Notes under the pieces: model-generated | What the model was told of the DNA's origin: nothing | Databases searched by the model: none | Seen by the model: the letters and a program-made list of their open reading frames with translations, nothing else | Part shown: positions 31,103 through 46,007 of the stretch, in pieces | How positions within the stretch are numbered: the stretch's first letter is position 1 | Layout: every line of letters begins with the position of its first letter | Source of the DNA: the human T2T-CHM13v2.0 reference genome, Homo sapiens | NCBI RefSeq assembly: GCF_009914755.1 | Contig: NC_060947.1 | Direction: 5' to 3' (one strand) | Length of the DNA: 64,000 bases | Translations under genes and position numbers: made by a program

Positions 31103-31672
31103 CCTGGCCCTTCCAGATCATAACAATTCTTGTCCTCTCCAGTTCCATCCTTCCCAAATCTTGGACTCCACTCTCCACTGCAGGGTTTGTAGAACTCTTA
31201 TGTGTAGATTCAGCTTCATCACTCAGTTCTGAGCCAACATTATCTGAGTTTGCAAGAGCCCTATTCTTAGAAGCAATTGAAGTTTGCAGTGAGTTTTATT
31301 GTCCTCAAACTAGTATCTAGTATGCTATGATTCTGAGACACACCATACCCATCAAACTCCAGCTCTCAAACTCTCACCTTACTTTAGTTCATTTAGCAGG
31401 ACTTTTGTAATGCTTTTGCATTGGGGAACAGTTTGCCCACTTCCATGTGATATTTGAAGGTAACTTTTCTTAAAAGGAACTGTTTAAGAGAAAATTATCC
31501 CCTGCTTTTTGATAACTCTGGTCACTGTCTGGAATTCTGCTTCTTATGGAAAGAATCCTCTGAGACATAACAATCTTATTCATCCAACCAACTTCTGTAA
31601 AGGTGTGGCAAGATGATCCCATAAAGAGTCACACTGAGTCTATTGTCTGTTGTTTCACATTAGTCAACATCA

Positions 31673-32421
31673 AAGGTTTATGATTACTTGGCCTTAGGAA
31701 AAATAAGAGAGGGCCTCAAATATGAGGCAATTGTGAAGATTACAAGAATGTGAATCTTGTTACTGGAAAAGGGATAGAAGGTAGAAATCTGCTTTCAAGG
31801 ATCAGGTAACTATGTATACTAAAAGCAAGATTGACTTAATATTGAGTGACCCATGTGACAGAGTCTTATAAATTCTTCCTGAGATAGGATGCAAGTGGGG
31901 AATCAATTACATTACAGTAGGTTTGATCCCCTGATTATCCCTGAAGCTATATTAGTACTCATATATTTCTCACACTCTGCAAACATATACTGTATCAGAC
32001 AGCATGTTAGGAATTACTGACTCAATATAATAAAAAAATCTCTTCTTACTCTCAAAAAGCTTCCCAGACTAGTCATCCTGGTACTAATTGTTCAAGTCTT
32101 CTTTTCCTTTCCCCATAATCTAGCAACTCAGATTCCAAAATGCTGTGTGATATAGGAGAAATTTAGGTGAAACCTACTGTAATGTAATTAATTCCCCACT
32201 TGCATCCTAGCTCAGGAAGAATTTATAAGACTCTGTCACCTGGGTCACTCAATATTAAGTCGATCTTGCTTTTAGTATACATGGTTACCTGATCCTTGAA
32301 AGCAGATTTCTACCTTCTATCCCTTTTCCAGTAACAAGAATCATATTCTTGCAATCTTCACCATTGCCTCATATTTGAGGCCCTCTCTTATTTTTCCTAA
32401 GGCCAAGTAATCATAAACCTT
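31673..32421. repeat. Long inverted repeat: arms 31673-31924 and 32170-32421, 245-bp spacer
   Basis: Hand alignment gives 252 bp, no gaps, 9 mismatches. Confidence 0.97.
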
Positions 32422-32489
32422 CATCAGCCCAGTAACATGCACTTTTGACCTAATAATGCAAAATTACTTCCTGCTTGAGTTGTCTTGAG

Positions 32490-32985
32490 GAAATTCCTAG
32501 GAGTAGAATTTCTGGCTACTTTTAAGACTTTTATTTGTATCACAGCCTTTCTGAAATTTTATTACGATGTGTTTGTGTATGCATGTGTGTGTCGATCTAC
32601 CTGTATTTGTGATACATTGAGATTCTCGAATCTATCTGTTCAGAGTTTTTCAAATATGTGAATGTTTTGGTATATTTCTTTTCTCTCATCCTGACTTCCT
32701 CTTTTGCCTGGGACTTTAATTACACATATTCTATAGTACTTGATAATGTCATACAGTTCACTGAGCCTTCCCCGACTCCTGTTCTTCATTTTGTGAAATT
32801 TGTCTTCTTCTCTCTTGACCTTTCTTGTGCAGGTCTATTCTTCTGTAGTCCCAACTAGTGAAATTTTTATTTTAAATGTTGTAATTTTCATTTTTATAAA
32901 TTTATTTTGCATCTTTTTTGCATCCCTCATTTCTCTCCTCATGCTTCTGTTTTCCTTTATGTCCTTGAACATATTTGTAATAGCA
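32490..32985 (-). mobile_element. Old L1M fragment (ORF1 region)
   Basis: T-rich; 'ttgagattctcgaatctat', 'tgggactttaattacacatatt', 'tccttgaacatatttgtaatagc'. Confidence 0.6.
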
Positions 32986-33099
32986 GGAGAACTGTAGCAA
33001 TGAAAAATTAGCTTATCAAGTTGTTTCAATATAGACTGAATATCCTGTGGTCCTCTGACCACCCCTGCAGCTAGATTAGTACTCATATATTTATGTTTA

Positions 33100-33570
33100 A
33101 TAAAGGTCTGGAAACCAATGGAGAGCTTATTTTAATAATCTAAGAGAGAATGAGGCCCTATAGCACAAGGACAAGTGGCAGAGGAAAGAAGAAAGTAGAT
33201 AGAAAATAGACTGGGAAGATTTCACATGAATAGATAATAGCATAAGAATCAACTGACAAGAAGAAAATCAATACTGATTCTGAAGTTTTAGACCTGTATA
33301 ACAGCAAAAAGATGACACTTTTATTTTGTTATTGATTTATTTATTTAGGAAAGCCGAGAAGGAAAGGAACTTTAGTAGGAAAAGTGAGTTTTAACATTTG
33401 GAATGTTGTTTAAGAAACAGAGACATAAAATAAGCCTTTGGAAATTTTAGTCAAGACTTCTAGAGAAAAAAAGGTTATACCATATATCAAAGTAGATGAG
33501 GTCACCAAAATAGAGTCAGATGAAGACAGAGCCCTTGGTTACACTTACATTTAGTGGTCAAAAAAAATTG
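33100..33570 (-). mobile_element. L2 fragment; its 3' end probably lies at about 31960-32075
   Basis: 'agtagatgaggtcacc...gacagagcccttggtacacttacattt' resembles L2 in reverse. Confidence 0.55.
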
Positions 33571-34759
33571 CAGAATACACAAAACCAATTTTATTTAAAT
33601 GGGAAATAGTATGTTTGTAGACACTTTGGGTCAAGAAATTTACTTATATAAAATACACAAATAGAATATTTTATGTACTTTTCTTAAGGCTTCTTGAAAT
33701 TGGAGTTAATGAGTAGATGGTAATAATCACAAGAAAGTAAAAAATGTTTTAGTAAAACCCTGGCATGCTTATTTGGTTTCCAATTGTGTTAAAGTTAATT
33801 ATTTGACAGCTGGGTTTATTTTCAAACAGAGAGAGCTTGTTCTTTACTCCCAGTGGGAGATAAAACACATGTTAATCAAAAAATAGTATACATAAGCCAT
33901 TTATATTGTTACACCAAATATCCTATTGTTTAATAGGTGATTTAGCTTTTAAGCAGGCCTGTTTGGTAAGGTGTCAAAAGTGTAATAATATCCTATCATT
34001 TTTAAAGCCCTAAGGACTTGCTTATTCTTTAATTTCCCAACCAAAGTGGAGACTTAATGTAATACAATGTTATGGGAGAAGAAAATAAAAAAACTAAAAT
34101 TCTATCTCTGGTATTTGCTCAGGGAAGAGGAAGATAAATTTTGTCTTCACCCCTGGCCAACACAGACATACATGTAGAGAAAGAAGCACAAGGGCCATGA
34201 CCTTCAATCCTGCCTGAGGAATTGATCTGAGACCTGGGAAGTTCTGCAAGAAAAATGGCCATTTCAAAGACTGTGTATTCCTAATGATGCAGTTTCAAAA
34301 TCATTTTTGAAGATAGAAAGTACTTCTTTTTTGGAAAATACAGGTGAAAGGGTCTTGAATCAGATTAAGCTAAAGAAAAATACAAAATGGCAGGGTTCAG
34401 GACAATAAGGAGATTATATTCCCCTGAATATTAATGCAACATGGTTATTTTATTTGAGGAATTTTTAAAGAATGTTTTTAGCTTTCCTTGTGTCTGAGAT
34501 AACAATTTATTAAAGGAATCTTGAAGCAGATTAAAGAAGCTATTAGAGAAATTATCAGCTATCTCTTGATTCCTAATAAAGCAGTTTCAATACAGAAAGC
34601 CAAGGCTAAGGGGGAAATAAAACTCCCTGGTTAAGAATTCTTTGTTCCAGACTTTGGAAACAGTATTATGTGATATATGAAGTTATTTGTTCTGCCATTC
34701 TGTAATTACTTTTACCTCCATCCCATCTTCTACTTTTAACAATTAAAGAATTATGATGG

Positions 34760-35117
34760 TGATATGGTTTGGCTGTGTCCACACCCAAATCTCATCTTGA
34801 ATTTCCATGTGTTGTGGGAGGGACCCAGAGGGAGGTAACTGAATCATGGAGGCAAGTCTTTCCTGTGCTGTTCTCATGATAGTGAATGAGACTCACAAGA
34901 TCTACTGGTTAGTATAAGGGGGAGTTTCCCTGAACAAGTTCTCTCTCTTTGCCTGCTACCATCCATGTAAGATGTGACTTGCTCTTCCTTGCCTTCTGCC
35001 ATGATTGTGAGGTTTCCCCAGCCACGTGGAACTGTAAGTCCAATTAAACCTCTTTCTTTTGTAAATTGCCCAGTCTTGGATATGTCTTTATCAGCAGTGT
35101 AAAAACAGACTAATACA
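34760..35117 (+). mobile_element. THE1 (THE1A/B) solo LTR
   Basis: tgatatggtttggctgtgtcc...gactaataca; perfect 5-bp TSD GATGG at 34755-34759 and 35118-35122. Confidence 0.96.
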
Positions 35118-36472
35118 GATGGTAAGTGTATTAACTGGAAATCCAAGAATAAAATGAAGTAAATAGAAATGCAAAGAAATACTATAATAAAATTACATGT
35201 GACTGAAACAAAATCAAATTTTTTGAGGCAATTTATTATATTTTTTCAACTCTGAATGTTACATTTACTCTCCTGCATGTTTCCTCTTTGTTTTTGACAC
35301 AGAAGTACTCACATTTTAATATCTTTTGTCTTGTATTTTAAAAGTTTTCCTTTAAATTGACTCCTAGACACCTGGATATATCAAAGTACAATTTTTATAG
35401 ATAGGCTAGTTCTGCCTCACTAGTTGGAATTAGAATTAGACATGTTTGAATCACAGGTGAGAAAATTGGAAATCATCTACCAAACTTTCAGAACTTCCAA
35501 TGAATATCTTCTTCATGAAGAAAGAATCATAAAGACACAATAAATTGCCAAATTAGACTCAATCATTTCCAAAAATTCTGATAAATATTAAAGAAAACAA
35601 GGGTTTTTAGAAGTCTTGCAATTATATTAACAAAAGAAGAAATAGCAAATGACATAAATTGTCCTTTTTAAAAAAATTTTTGGTGCAACAAATACTTTTA
35701 GATGTTTCTAGTAAATACAGATAATATTTCTGAGAAGCTGCATGTTACAATGGTCTTAATGAGAAAACTAAATAACTTTAAAACATAAAAACAGAAGGTA
35801 TTTTGGGATTTCACTTTTAATTACAGGGATTAGTTATTTCATATTATCATTACTGCATAGTGATATTTTGAAATTATTTTATTTTCCCAATATTTCACAA
35901 GTCCTAGAAAATAAAGACTTCCTTTTCCCCCAGAAAGGTATAAACAGTCATAAGGAATTATAGAAGTGAGGAAATAAGGACAAAATGGCATATTCTTTTT
36001 ACCAAAAAAAGGTAAGTAAATTTTTTTCTAATCTATTAATTTGCATTTATATGTTTTATGTTGAATTCTTTAAAACATGAAGAATTTAATACAGATTAGC
36101 ATATGATTTGGAGATAGAAAAATATTCCGCCCATAATTATATATATATTCCTCCATACACACACACATACATATGTATACATAATCATAAACATGTATAC
36201 ACAATCTGAGGCAACCATCAAGACCTCAGATCTGTGCTGATATGATGTGTTTCATACATATTTGTCACTGAATTTTATAGATGTAGAAGTCACAGGCATG
36301 AAAAGTAGTTTTGGCATTTTGTTGCAATGCTCTTAAATTCAACTTCCTTTTCACTTTACTGTCTGTTATTTTTAATGGCTGGTGTTCTTAAGTATCTTTT
36401 GCTTAAGAGAAAAGATATCTGCTCTCAATCTTCATGCTTAGACAAACCAATGTTTGAATAATATAAAATATG

Positions 36473-36815
<343 letters not shown>

Positions 36816-38043
36816 TTATTCCGTGTGGACACTGAATATAAAGGAAATAAATTTCTAGTGACATTACAGAACATTACAATAACACTGCTTATACAAGGCT
36901 TATTTTCAAGAGACCCATGTATCCAGAATGTTGCTTAGAAATATGGAAACATTTTCAAAGCTTCAGAGCATTTGAAATCAATGTCACTCATTCAATATCC
37001 TTAGCATAAAGAAAATATTCTCAGGTCATCATTCATACCTTATTTCCACTTTCTTTCCACTTTCTTCTTCTTTCTTGTTCTTTCTTCTTCTTCCTTCTTA
37101 TTTTTTTGAGATTTGCTTTTCTAATTGTTTAACTTAAGAAGCTTAACAAAGTATGAAGCTGCTGGTCAAAAATGAGCACACAGATGATTGTCAGAAGTAA
37201 TTACTGCTAAATTGAAAGTGCATGAGAAATCAGAAAATAATTCTAATATGTTTTGAGAAAAAAAAACAAAATAAAAGAGTAATCTGAGTACATTTAGGGT
37301 ATGAATAATGAGTCATACACATTCCAAATTTCCTTGAGGTTATAGCTGCCTTTTATCATGGTAAAATAATTGATGCACAGCCTTACAATCTTCATGTTTT
37401 CAATAAACGGGCTACAATTAACTGTAATATATTTTGTTGACATCACCATAGCATTGTTAAACTGCCTCTTGGATGGATTTTTTAATCTAAGATTTTTGTA
37501 ATTAAAGGAAAAATTTGAATTATCTAAAAACTTCACTTGGCCTTGAATGGAATCACTCCCTTCTTTATGGGTTTGGTATTATGGAACATTTCATGTTGCC
37601 TGGTCCCATATGAGAAATGATGTATGATAACATCATTGCGTAAGTTTCCATGAAATATTACCACTCCTGAAGCAAAATCTGCAGCTTAGAAATGCTTAAA
37701 TTTGCCTTTGTCTTACACACAAAGCAAACAAAAATATCAATGCCTTTAAAAACTATATTTTGTGTGTGTGTTTGCCAAATGGCATGTTGTTTGTGTCCTT
37801 CATTATCTAATGTGGTAGATGCTATAGAATCATTTAATGTTATGTCCAGGCACTCTCTAGTCCAACCCTCTCCTTAGATCATGAGGAAAAAGACTCAGAG
37901 AGCTCAGAATATGTTTTCGTGCTCTTACCATTAGTATTGTTAACTATGAAGCAGATTTAAATTTCTTAATATCCAGCTTGTATTTTCTTTCTGTGACTAT
38001 ACCTTTAAGTAAAATTTGAACGTTTGAAAAAATACCTCAAGTT

Positions 38044-38384
<341 letters not shown>

Positions 38385-38984
38385 CTAGAAACAGATTCTT
38401 TGCTTTCCCTTTGGTAAAAACTTAGTTCCTTTGAACTGGAGTAAGTCTTTTCCACCAGACTAAACTGTACTAGACTTCTTTATTTTCTTTGATTCAAGAG
38501 TACATCTCTGACACTGCATGACAACTACCCCGATGTACCAGTTAAATTAATCTTATATAGCAATGTTTTTTGCCACAAAACATGGTCAGATTGACCTGTT
38601 TGCCTTAAGATGGTAGTGCCTTGTTCTTCCTGAACTGGCTGCAATCACCTTCCCTTTGAAAAAACACTGTCGTCTAGTGCTGCTGACTATGGACCTATGA
38701 TCATATCCTGTCTCAAGGTCTTCATCTTTTATACAGTTCTCTTTAAAAGAGTTCTTTGATGGTCCACCTACCCTTTCAGCTTCTTTCTGTTGTTTGTTAT
38801 CTAAAGAGGTCAGGTGGAGGGGGGGTGACTTATAGAAGACTCTGAATCACTCTGTATACAAAACAATAACTATAAAGCTCTTTCAACTTTGACCTAAAGT
38901 TTAAACATTTTCATAATAAAAGGTTGGAGGGACTTCTGTGAAAGTCAGTACATTATCTCAGAGATTTTTAATTTAAATTAATTA

Positions 38985-39444
38985 CCCTACAGGGTTCATG
39001 ATTAGAATTTATGGGGTCAGTGCCCTGAGATTAGAAAAAAAATCTTACAACCTTATTTTCATAATGTCTAAGCTAAATTTGGTATTTTCTATGATCATGA
39101 ATTTAGGTAACATACCACAGTACTTTTAACATTACCTATGAGTTTTTACCAATAGAAATAATTTTAGTATTACATTGCAATTTTGTGCATGACTTGAATT
39201 GTTTACTATTTTGAAATTATAGATTTTTAGATTTACCAATAGTTCTTATTACTTAATGTCCCAATTAAAAGCAAATATATCTCAATATCACAATTTGTTT
39301 TAATTTTTTTGTTAACTATAGTTTAATATAATGAATTTCCTTCACAATACCATATATTATGTTTTATGTATTCAAAACCATATTTTGGGAAGGAGTTCAT
39401 AGGCACTAGACTCTGTAGCACAAAAAAAGGTTGAAGATCCTCTG
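38985..39444. mobile_element. Old non-autonomous hAT-Charlie DNA transposon (Charlie4/MER113-like)
   Basis: Ends 'gcacaaaaaaaggttgaagatcctctg'; internal AT-rich text resembles this group. Confidence 0.6.
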
Positions 39445-39664
39445 ACAGACTACCATGCTCTGCTTTCCTTCTTGTGCCATGTCAGATGTGGCACCATACA
39501 GCCTTTGGGACTCCTATGGAAGCTTTGCAGCATCTCCCAGTCTAGGCCTGGAAATGAAGATCCCATACCCTAGGGATCCATCACCTTATTGTTCAAACAA
39601 CGTCTGTGTATAACTAGACACATAACTTCACTTTATCACTTTCTCTCCCTCCCCATGAAGTACT

Positions 39665-39728
39665 TGGGGGGACATATTTACACTAAAAATTATCTGAAAT
39701 TGAACTAGGCATCCTGTATTTTATCTGA
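39665..39728. mobile_element. MER53-like fragment
   Basis: 'gggacatatttacactaaaaattatctgaaatt...ggcatcctgtattttatctg'. Confidence 0.55.
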
Positions 39729-42700
39729 TCATCTTAGTCATAAACTCCACAAATATCCCCATGGGAATTTAAGCCAAAATTACAAATCCCGTCAGATGAC
39801 AACAACATGCACATAGAACCAGGTGGATTTGCATCTGGCAACTGAAATCTGAGAACTCCTACCAACTAGGTGTACAGGTTTGTAGTGGTCATTCTATTAC
39901 ATTCACAATTTCTTCATCATGTTGACTCCATGTGGATTGAATTTCCTAGATCTTATTCATTGCATTATGGTAAAGCTTTGCTGTTACTCAGCTCTTTATA
40001 TTCATTTTCTCATTTAAACTTCATAGAATCTCAGAGAGTGGGCATGTTCCCCTCATTTAGAGAGGAAGCTATAGGGATTTGGGGAAATTAATAAACTAGC
40101 CTTAATTGACACAATTATTAATTGTCAAAGGCAGGGATCTAACTTAAATCTGTTTGAGTCATGCTTTTTCCATATGCTACATTGCTTCTCATGTCAAGTC
40201 AGAAAGTTTCAGAAGTAGAGCACATTATGCTAGGTGTGTTAGAGAATTTCATATTTTAATGGAGGGAAATAACAGAGCAGAATTTGAAAATATTTATAAT
40301 TGTATAGTTCCACTGGAACTAAAAACAATAAAAATAAAAAGGCCTCTTTTGTTTAAACATCAAATCAGATTGTATTGGCAAAGCAATGCTTTTCCCCTTG
40401 GCATTAGAAAATGCTACAAGAGATGTGGTAAAAATCCACAAAGATAAAAATGTATACAGGTTTATTTTTAAATTAAATGTGATTAAAATATCAAAAGCCC
40501 TAACATCATAACAGAGGATGGAAAATCCTAATGTTTGGCATGCAAAATAATGACAGAGCAGAAAGCTAGTGATTATAATAAGAGAAAAGCAAATAATACA
40601 CAAAAAGTAAGTACAGAATATTGTATTTAACCAACGAAAAACACAGCTGAATGGATGCACGTGCAATGTCTCCCTTGTATATTAAAAAATATGAGCTCTG
40701 TTTTCTTTTATGTATGTCCCTGGGAAAAACCAAAACTATTAGTGACCTTAAAGGGGAAGAAATTTCAGAAAAACAAAGGACAATTATGGTTGTTGAGTAG
40801 AATAGCATTAGGTTTACACTTTTAATTACATCATCATTAGACTAAACAAATCACTTTTGCTTAAAAGAGGACACATTTCTAGACACTAAAGAAGCTTTTC
40901 AAAAAAGATAATGTGCAACTCTAGATAATTATCAAAGAAGTATCCTTATTGTGTACAAAACTGCTTTTGTAATAGTTGGGTATTGATTGATGTGTGTGTC
41001 TGTGTGTGTGCGTGTGAATGTGTGTGAATTAAATATTTTAAATAAATTAGTGTAGGTGTTTTAAAGAACTACTTATTGCATCTGTTTGAAAGCATATTAT
41101 TACTTTATCATTTGAATAAACACCTAATACTTTGACTCTACAAATTTTTGATTTTAAAAACTGCCTTTTTAAATTCAGGGCAAGATTTTAGTACAGCATA
41201 AGCATTTATAGAATGTTTTTGCTTTTTTCTAATTCATGTATTTCCTTTGTTTAGCATATATTATAATTTATACATATTCATCATTGTATCACAAATAATT
41301 TGAATGAAACCATTAAGGTAGTCCATGGAATAGGGCAAACTATGGTTATATATTAGAAAAATATGAATATTATTATAGCTACATATAATTTATTATAGAG
41401 GTGTAAGTAAACAACCAGATGGCCTTATTTTTTATTTATAACACCCCCTCTCCCATTCCGAATGGTAGAATTTTCATAGCAGTTGTTGCTACATTAGTCT
41501 TGCTAAGTTGACTCTTGCTGTGCTAAGCATTTTCTTAGATGCAAGATATACACAAGACCAGACAAAAGATTCAAAATAAAAAATCACTCCACCAACTAGT
41601 TGATTTTTTTCCAGGATGTCAAATAATGAACCTCACCCTTATAATGGTCTATAAACTGACTCCTCCGAATGCTCTTCCTTTGCTACTGACACTTCTGACT
41701 AAATGTACATCTGTTCCCCAAAATACTACCGTGCCAATTGGCTTGTGTGGAATAGCCTGAAAATTACAGGTAGTTTAATTAAACCTTTATACATTTGACT
41801 GTTAACCTTCCTTGAATATACCTGACTCTTCACTTTTGTATTCTGTGACTCAGACTCTGAAATTTCAAATGATAGATTAATGTAAAAAATAACGATATAG
41901 GATACATATTGAAATAACAAGAAATGCATTTGCCTGAATTGCTCCCTGACATACGAAAAGAGAAAAATGCAGGGATGAGGCCGTGGTAGAAAGCTCCACA
42001 GGTATATTGTGTGCCATGATTTAAAGACAGTTCTTAGACTTCTACTTTTTCATTCCCTTTCCTCCTTTGTCTCCCTATTCCCTGACATATGACCTTTAAA
42101 TTTACATATATGCCCTGTGCTTCATATCCCTGAATTTAGATGGGTAAACCATTTTCTTGTTTTGGGCTTTACATTCTTTTGTTAATTTATTTTGGTTTCA
42201 GTTTCTACTTTCTCTCCATGAGTCACACATTCTCCCAACTTCTAATTCCCCATCTTCAAAAAAAAAGTTTTTTTTTTTTCATTCTTCAGGATATTTTGTC
42301 GCATGTCAAAATATAATAATCTCCTAATCTCCTGGATGTCTTATCATCTCAAAATTAGGAAAATAAACCAAAAAAGCCTGTTATTTGTTTTGAGAATTTA
42401 GTGTTATGATTTTGTGTTATTTATAATTAACCATTCTGTGAATATGCAAGGGTTTCACAGACAATATATTATAAATTAAATTTGATCTATCAATCCTTAT
42501 AGCTAGTGAGCATGGCAATGTTTCTAAGTGAGGGATTCTAGTGATAGTCCCAGGTAGAAGTTATGGGTCAGGATATTTGGGTCTGGCAAAGGAACGCCTA
42601 TGCTACTCAGGTGTAACTCTAACACCTTTAAATCCCAAGGCCTGGCTCACATTATTGAATCATTGCTCTAAAGGCATAAAGGCATTCAATATTTAAAGCA

Positions 42701-43401
42701 TTAATATTTTATTTTTTTACCTCCCAGCTAAAACATCTCTCCTACTACCGTGCATCATAAAGTCATGCTGATAAAGGGTGGACAGGGGTAGGCATATTAT
42801 TCGGTTCACTTACTCCTAGTTAATTACCTTTATGGTTCAAATACCAAGTGATAATAGGAAAGCATGATAAATAGCTCTCCATTAAAATGCTTGGGATACT
42901 ATAAAAAATGACTTGCTTTCTGCCACCCAGTTCCCAGCATATTTTTATCCCATAGTATGTTTTCTTCAGAACAAGACATATTTTTCCTTTATCAGATAGA
43001 TTTGTGATAATACCTCAAGCTAGTTAAACTATGCCAATAAAATATTTGACATAATAATCACTTGAACATGTAATTTACTCTTAATTTGTTTAAGAAAATA
43101 CATTTAAGATTAAATTTCTATATGTATTTTTATTAATACTTGTAAATTCAAGTATTATAAAAGTGTAAAACATATCTATGCTGTAAAATTTAATAACACT
43201 GGTAAAAATGATTTTAAGTATTAGCATTTGAGGGTACTGTCATTTTTGTTGGGTTGATATATTTTTTAATTTTTCATAATTGTTTCCATGAGAGTAGAAT
43301 GAAAGTTAATCATGGTATGTGTAAACTCCTGAAGAATTAGAATGATCTTCTTGATGAAATGATACTAATCAATTTCTGGGAATTCTAAATAATAAAAGTG
43401 A

Positions 43402-43925
43402 GGAGTAGGCAGAATAATAAGTCCCTCCTCACCAAGATACCCAAATTCTAATTCCCAGAACCTGCCAGTATGTTCTGTTATGTGGCAGAGGGGAACTGAG
43501 GATATAGATGGAACTAAGGCTGTTAATCAGATGACCTTAAAATAGAGAGATTAACCTGGATTATCTAGGTGGGCCCAATGTCATCACAAGGGTCCTTATA
43601 AGTGATAAAGGCAGAAGAGGAGAGTCAGAGAGGGAGATACGGCTATGTGAATTAGGGTCAGACAGATGCAACATTGATGGTTTTGAAGACAGAGGAAGCA
43701 GACCAAGGGCCAAGAAATATGGATTTCCTCTAAAAGCTGGAAAAGGGAAGAAAGCAGGTTCTTCCCTAGAGCCCCCCTAAAGGAACATAGCCCTGCTGAA
43801 ACCTTGATTTTAGCCCAATGAGGTTTGTGTCAGACATAAGACCTACAGAACTGTAAAGTAATAAATTCCTGTTGAAGCCCCAAGTTTGTGATGACTTGTT
43901 ATAACAGCAATAGAAAACTAATGCA
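43402..43925 (+). mobile_element. MaLR LTR (MLT1D-like)
   Basis: 'ctggattatctaggtgggcccaatgtcatcacaagggtccttataagtg...acagcaatagaaaactaatgca'. Confidence 0.88.
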
Positions 43926-44129
43926 GGTATGTAATTCGTCAAAAAAGATACCATTTAATTCTATTTTCTTTTAGCCACTGAGTTGAAAATATGTTCAGGG
44001 AATTTCATGTTGATGTTGTATGCTTCAGTACTTGGGCAAACTTGATGCTTATATGAGCGATAAGAACTGGAATAGGGCATAACTGTTTGAAAGAAGCAGT
44101 ATGCTATATTCTACAGGTGTTATAAAAAA

Positions 44130-45845
44130 TCAGGGACTTCCACTTATGGGTGGAAGAAATGGGTATATAGAAATTCTCAAGAAACAGTTGTTCCCATTTT
44201 AACAGAATAAAGACATGCATAATTATTAAGCCTGTTGGAGAGCTGTGGAAGCAAATAAATCCAAATTAGATAATATTGAGAAAGCTTAGAAGAAAAGGTA
44301 CATGTTTGCTTTAACTGCAACATAGTAGAAGTAGGAGAAGTTATCTGCCATAGCTGGAATTAAGAAGAAGAAACCAAATTTTTAACAAATGGCTGTGATT
44401 GGGAGGACATGATGTATTAGAAACCTGAGGAGTTCCAGCCAGAGTAAGTCTTCCCTAACCTGCCAAACCTTTCCTATAATACAAACTTTCACTTGACACA
44501 CAGAAGTAGTACACTGAAGTCTGTGTGCAAGGAAGGAGAGCTCAGAGATAATCCTTAAGGTACGTAGGGCCTTCTCCAAGTTCAAGGCAGTAGTCATCTG
44601 AAGGCTTAAAGCAGGAGAAATGAGAAAATTCCCTAATAAGGCACATCAATTCTTCATCAAGTGAACTGGAGCTGACCTCCGCACCTGAGTACGGTGTATG
44701 TAAACTAAGAAAAATTCCTTCAAGGCACCAAGACCTTTCAAGGTGGATTACCAGCTGCTGAAGTTTGAATTCAGAGCAAGTGAGCTAATATAATTCCCAA
44801 TAAGTGTACTGAATTAACCTCTGGAAGCTGGGAAGGGGCTGAGAGATGATCTGATATGCAGGAAGTTTATGGTGAGAACTGATCAGCAAAGAGAACTTTA
44901 TAAAGAACCAACAATCCATCATGGAGGCAAAAAGCAGAGTGATCTCTCCCAATTTTAAAAGATAGCAGCCAGCCTGAAAAACATTTTTAGAACTTCAGTG
45001 CTCAGATCACAAATGTTGCTGAAGTAAAATTATTGATCCCTACCTCAAAATATTGAAAGTCAATAATTAACCTAACTTAATTGAACTTGGCAGAAAATTC
45101 AAACCCTACCTGAAAACAGAGTAAATTTGTCATCCAATCTATAGACCTGAGAGCAGACACAATTTACCAATTTTGTGGTAAAACAGTATTATTCCGGTCA
45201 CTATTGTTCTTTTATACACAATGTCTGGCATAAAATAAATAACTGTGAAAGATGGAAGAAAAAAATTGACCTGTGATCAAGAGAGGAAATATTCCATATA
45301 AGTAGATACAGAGATGGCCCAAATGCCTGAATTACTACTTGATGACTTTAAAATAATGAGGGTAATGAGGCTAAAAGATCTAGTACCAAAGGAGGTAACA
45401 TGCGTGAACAGGTGTAGAAATTCATCAAAGCAATAAAAGATATAAAAAACTGGAAATCTATAAACCATAGAACTGTAAATTATAAAAAATAACAAGAAAA
45501 TATAGTGAAAAAAGAAATACACAATACCATAAATGAAGAATTCATTCAATTGGCTTAACAACACATAGCTCTTCCTCTGAATGATTTTGAAAGAAAGCAA
45601 CAGAAATTACCAAAATCAAATACAAAGTCTAAAAAATGAAGCAGAAGACCTGATATCTGTGGCAGAAGGATATCAAGAGAAGTTATCACTAAGAACTTTT
45701 CAAAGTTGATTAACTACATCAACTGACAGATTCAAGGTCAGCAAACCCCAAACAGCATAAACACAAGAAAAGTATAACTTGGCATATAATCATAAAACTG
45801 TTGAAAACAAAAGGTACAGAGAATATCTTAGAGCAACCAGAAAAT
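44130..45845 (+). mobile_element. Old L1M 5'UTR and ORF1 remnant
   Basis: 'gacttccactt' start; ORF1-like 'gagatggcccaaatg', 'cagcaaaccccaaacagcataaacacaaga', 'aaaactgttgaaaacaaaagg'. Confidence 0.7.
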
Positions 45846-45902
45846 ACTTACACACACACACAAACACATACACACACACACACACACGTGTGTGCACATA
45901 TG

Positions 45903-46007
45903 GTTTTCTTTTTAATTTCTATTTTATTTTTTCTTAAAAAAACCCAGGATACATGTGCAGAACATGCAGGCTTGTTACATAGGTATACATGTGCCACGGT
46001 GGTTTGC
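45903..46007 (-). mobile_element. Very short L1PA 3'-end insertion (about 105 bp)
   Basis: T-rich tail followed by 'ggatacatgtgcagaacatgcaggcttgttacataggtatacatgtgccacggtggtttgc'. Confidence 0.85.
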
